This document shows, in pieces, positions 59,458 through 64,000 of a stretch of 64,000 nt of DNA. Below the pieces are notes generated by a model that saw only the letters and a program-made list of their open reading frames with translations, was not told where the DNA came from and made no database searches. The stretch lies in the NCBI GenBank assembly GCA_964016885.1, contig OZ024756.1:24056001-24120000 (forward strand), read 5' to 3'. Source of the DNA: Eledone cirrhosa. Taxonomy: Eukaryota. Each line of letters starts with the position of its first letter. Position 1 is the first letter of the stretch. A program made the translations under genes and the position numbers.

Positions 59458-59495
<38 letters not shown>

Positions 59496-59935
59496 GTTCA
59501 CCCTCTCTCTGGAGGAAATCACCGTGTCCCGACCTGGAGACGGATGGGCTCCACTATGTTTAAAAAGAAATAAAATCAACAGAGACAGAAAATAAAATCC
59601 TTAAAGATACTGTTCCTCTGCGTCTGAGATAAGTTGTTGATTGTTTTTACTTCTTTTATTGGTTTCTGTTGACTGCGACCATACTGTGGCACTACCTTCA
59701 TGTGATTTAATCGATCATATCGACCCCAGTACTTATTTTGTTAAAGTATGGTAGTTATCGAATCGATTCCTATTTGTTGAAACGCAGACACGTACGCACA
59801 CACACAAATAGACATACACACACACATACACACGCGCGCACACATGTATATGTATACTGGATCATCAAGTATGAAATTTGTAGAAATTTTTAGAAAAGAA
59901 ACAAATTTCTACAAATTTCATACTTGACGACCCAT

Positions 59936-59987
<52 letters not shown>

Positions 59988-60140
59988 TACACTCTTACGT
60001 ACTTATGTAGGTGTGTATTTGTGTGTTTGTGTGTGTTGTGTTTATGCGTCTATGAGTACATGCTGTGTTTATGTGTCTACGAGTGCATGTTTTGTGAGTG
60101 CATAACTATAGAGGACTCGATCTATTTTTTTCATAAACAT

Positions 60141-60213
<73 letters not shown>

Positions 60214-60892
60214 AACAACAACCCAAAATAAACAACAACCCAAAATAAAACAATGATGCTGTACTAAAGTCGATCTAAACATTTTCAGCTGAATCAACTG
60301 TGCTAAAATACATTGTTGATACTATTTTTGTGTTTTAACAGGACTGAATGAGTGTCTTTCTACTGATTTTCATTATGTCGTGGCTTTTCTCCCAAATCTA
60401 AACGTGGGCAGACGATAGACAACATGGTTACTGCAAACTTTCATTTAATGTTTTCTATGTTGTACGTGTGCCTTAGTAAACGTCTGATATACAAAACTAA
60501 AAGAGAATGCATCGGCTGCAATGCGTCTTTTTGGTGCATTATTTATTATATCTATCTATTTAGTATTTTATTCATATATATATATATATATATATTATTT
60601 TTAATGAGTTTTTGAAAGACATACTTTTATCGCAGTTGTAAGCAGACGACAACTGAGGTACTGCTTCCTTTGATATAGCGTTCTTCACATGGTGTATGTG
60701 ACTTAGTGAAACTTCTAACCTAAAACAGGTTAGATGGCATCAAGTGTACTCGTATAACGTCTTTCGGTGCATGATCTTTTTAGTATATGTGACATCTACC
60801 GAAACTTCTATTATAATTGTAAGCAGACAACAATTGAGGCATTACTTCTTTTAGCGTAGAGTTCTTTATCGTTACTAATATTATCAATATCA

Positions 60893-61170
60893 ATAATTGT
60901 TTCTACTTTTGGCACAAAGCCATCAATTATCTCCGTGCATTACTGGTACTTTATTTTATCATAATAACAGGGCGGTTGATTGGCAGAGTCGTTAGAGTGA
61001 CGGACAAAATGCATTGCGGTATGAGTTCCTGCTCTTTATATTCTGAGTTCAAATCCCGCCGAGGTTAGCTGTACCATTCATCCTTACGGGGTCGATAAAA
61101 TAAAGCACCAGTAATGTACTGGGCTCGATATAATCGACTTTCCACTCCCCCAAATTGCTAGAAATCATTA
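60893..61170. mobile_element. SINE tail fragment (-, 60893-60960) and older full SINE (+, 60970-61170)
   Basis: Consensus match. Confidence 0.8.
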
Positions 61171-61869
61171 TTGGTGTTGGTGTTGGTGATGTTGTTGGTG
61201 TTAATGTAGGTGTTGGTGATGGTGTTGGTGATGGTGCTGTCGTTGGTGTTGGTGATGTTCTTGGTGTTAATGTAGGTGTTGGTGATGGTGTTGGTGTTAA
61301 TTTAGGTGTTGGTGATGGTGGTGGTGGTGGTGTTGGTGTCTGTTGTTGTGGTGGCGGTGTTGGTCTTGATAACGATCGTTAAGGCAATGGTAGTAAAGTA
61401 TACTTAGCTAGTATTCTGCTCCACTAATACGATAGTTAAATATATTATTGGCCATATATCCCACTCAACGTAGATAGATAAATACTAACAACAGCTTAGA
61501 AATAGCAATAATAATAATAACAATGAAAAATGAACAATAAGTAAATAATAACAACAACAACAACAAACATTTCAATGGCGGCAGACGATCTTTAGTAGTT
61601 AAGATTTTATTCGTGTTTTCTATTTTATTTCTTTTTTTGACAAGATGTAATTAAAAATATATATAAAATTTGAATAAAAATCAAAAAGGTTAACTAACGT
61701 TGAAAAGCTTGTATCTAGATCTGCCATAAACTAGTCTGTGTTGTTATTTTTATTTTCTTCTTCAAACCTATAAACAATGTTTTCTTGAAGCCTGCAATAA
61801 CTTCAAGTCATAAAACTGCATAGGTTTTAAGTTCTTGCAAAAGTCATGTGTTTATGGTTGTATGTCTAT

Positions 61870-61901
<32 letters not shown>

Positions 61902-61999
61902 CATATATATGTGTGTGTATATATATGTATATATATATATATGTATATATGTATATATGTATATATGTATATATATATGTGTGTGTGTGTGTGTCTATA

Positions 62000-62032
<33 letters not shown>

Positions 62033-62837
62033 GACTATATATATATATGTCTATATATATAAATATATATAGTCACACACACACATAAACACACACACGC
62101 ACACACACTCATACACACACACTAATTCACACACACATTCATACACATATACGTATATATATATCCTTGTTAAAAGAGATAGGAACAAACTTACTAGTGC
62201 ATATATATATATATATGTGTGTGTGTGTATGTGTGTGTGTGAGCGTGTGTGTGCGTATGTATATGTGTGTATGTGTGTATTTATGTGTGTGTATATGTAG
62301 TTGTTTGTTTGTTCCTATCTTCCCTTTTAGATTTGGTTTATTCCGTTATTTGCTAACATATAATCTCCAAGAATTACTAGGCCTGACTATAAAACAAGAT
62401 CATTTTTCTTTGTCGACTATCATTAAATCAGGGCTCGAGGTCTTTTAAAAGGGGATCAGTTGGAAATACCTAAAATCGTAAATATCTCCTTCAGTGTTTC
62501 TTTGGTGGAGTGGTGGAAGGAGTGGGGGAGGGTGTTAACTGTCGATGTGATTCATGTTTACACTACATTTCGTCACACTCGAAACCATTTATCTTTTTTA
62601 CGGGTCCCAATATAAAGCCAATTCTATTGTTGTTGTTGTTGTTGTTGCTGTCGTTGTTGTTGTTGTTGTTTCTTCCGACTTGTTGTTACTAGACTAATCT
62701 GGTGCCTGTTCCCTCAACACCACAACTCAGCAACTCTCCTCGCGTGTAAACCTTTAAGCAAGTAGCTAGTCAAAGCTCTATGATTGTTATTTCCGACGTG
62801 ATAGTCTTTTCTTTCTTTATTTCTTTATTTCTATTTG

Positions 62838-62913
<76 letters not shown>

Positions 62914-63404
62914 TTCTTTCTTTCTCCCTTTCATTCTCGCTTGCCCTATCTCTTTAGCGCCATTTTATTTTATTGCGTCGGCTTAGAATGCTATAATTAA
63001 ATGCGTGTCTTTCTCTTTAAAAGTCCCCTTTATTGCTATATCAAAAGGTGTTTAACAATATCTTCCATTTACTAAAAAGAACAAGGAAAGAAAAACCCCA
63101 GCAAAGGATACCTTTGTGTCTCCTTTCCACCCTATTTAGAAATACTTTTGAAAACCTTCTTTCCTAATAACTATCTCCCTTTTCAGATAACTTACTCAAA
63201 AGTTATCATCACTCTTTCAATATGGAAGAGTTTTCTTGTACTCTTCGGACTTGACTTTAACTTGTATATATGGAAGGTTCCTGAACAACTGACCAATAGA
63301 CTGAAGGTTCGTACCTGGCAACAGATTCGCATTGTTACGAGCAGGAGAGGCTGCTGAAATTTTCCAGCTTAACCCATTTCCAAATTTCATTATTTCGTTT
63401 TCAG

Positions 63405-63990
63405 CCGAAGTTAACTTTGCCTTTCATCCTTACGAGGTCGATAAAATAAAGTACCAGTGGTGCACTGGGGTAATCGCTGGCCTTGAGCCAAAAGTAGAAA
63501 CTCTATAGGGCGGTGAGGGTCGGACATGCTTTCCAGCATAGTTACGTCCATTTTCGTTTTCAGCAACCCCCGATAAAAACAGTTCGAGTGTTGCGCTTGA
63601 AACAAACGGAAATAAGTTGAGCTGCGAAGTATTCAGTAAACTCTTGTACCTATATACCATTAGGTTTGATTTAATGTTTATTTTCGGTTTACATGTAATG
63701 TAATGTCTCCCTTCCAACTTTGGGCTACAATCTACCTCATATATATATATGTCTTCCTTCCAACGGTTGGGCTATTATCTACCTCATGTATATTGTTGGC
63801 CTTGCGCCTAAATCAGAAACCAGGGTCAGACGCCATGCTTTGAAGCATAGTGTTACCCTCCCTTTATGATCTGAGTTCAAATCCTGCCGAGGTTAACTTT
63901 GCCTTTCATCTTTACGGGGTCGATAAAATAAAGTACCAGTAATACACTGGGATAATTGCTGGCCTTGTGCCAAAAGTAGAAACAATTATT
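63405..63990 (+). mobile_element. SINE pieces (63405-63550 rearranged; 63822-63990)
   Basis: Consensus match. Confidence 0.8.
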
Positions 63991-64000
63991 ACGTCGGAAA

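Overview
AT-rich eukaryotic DNA dominated by microsatellites ((TA)n, (CA)n, (GA)n, (TAG)n, (CAA)n, (CCA)n). The SINE repertoire and microsatellite load suggest an octopod cephalopod genome (inference). Almost all ORFs in the supplied track are microsatellite translation artefacts. The only host gene I can support is the 3' end of a + strand WIF1/Shifted-like secreted EGF protein, in four phase-compatible exons (3890-3985, 8160-8258, 29908-30015, 33655-33734) followed by AATAAA. It ends in a 62-aa tail that is about 65% Lys/Arg. The rest is dozens of tRNA-derived SINE copies, decayed LINE/mariner/hAT pieces and minisatellites. The most notable signal is many short (150-450 bp) non-coding elements from several sequence families, embedded in (TA)n tracts and often carrying inverted (fold-back) duplications. 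About 11 carry canonical minimal type I hammerhead ribozyme motifs and about 8 more carry variants. This is the architecture expected of non-autonomous Penelope-like element or retrozyme derivatives. Coordinates were counted by hand and repeat boundaries are approximate.
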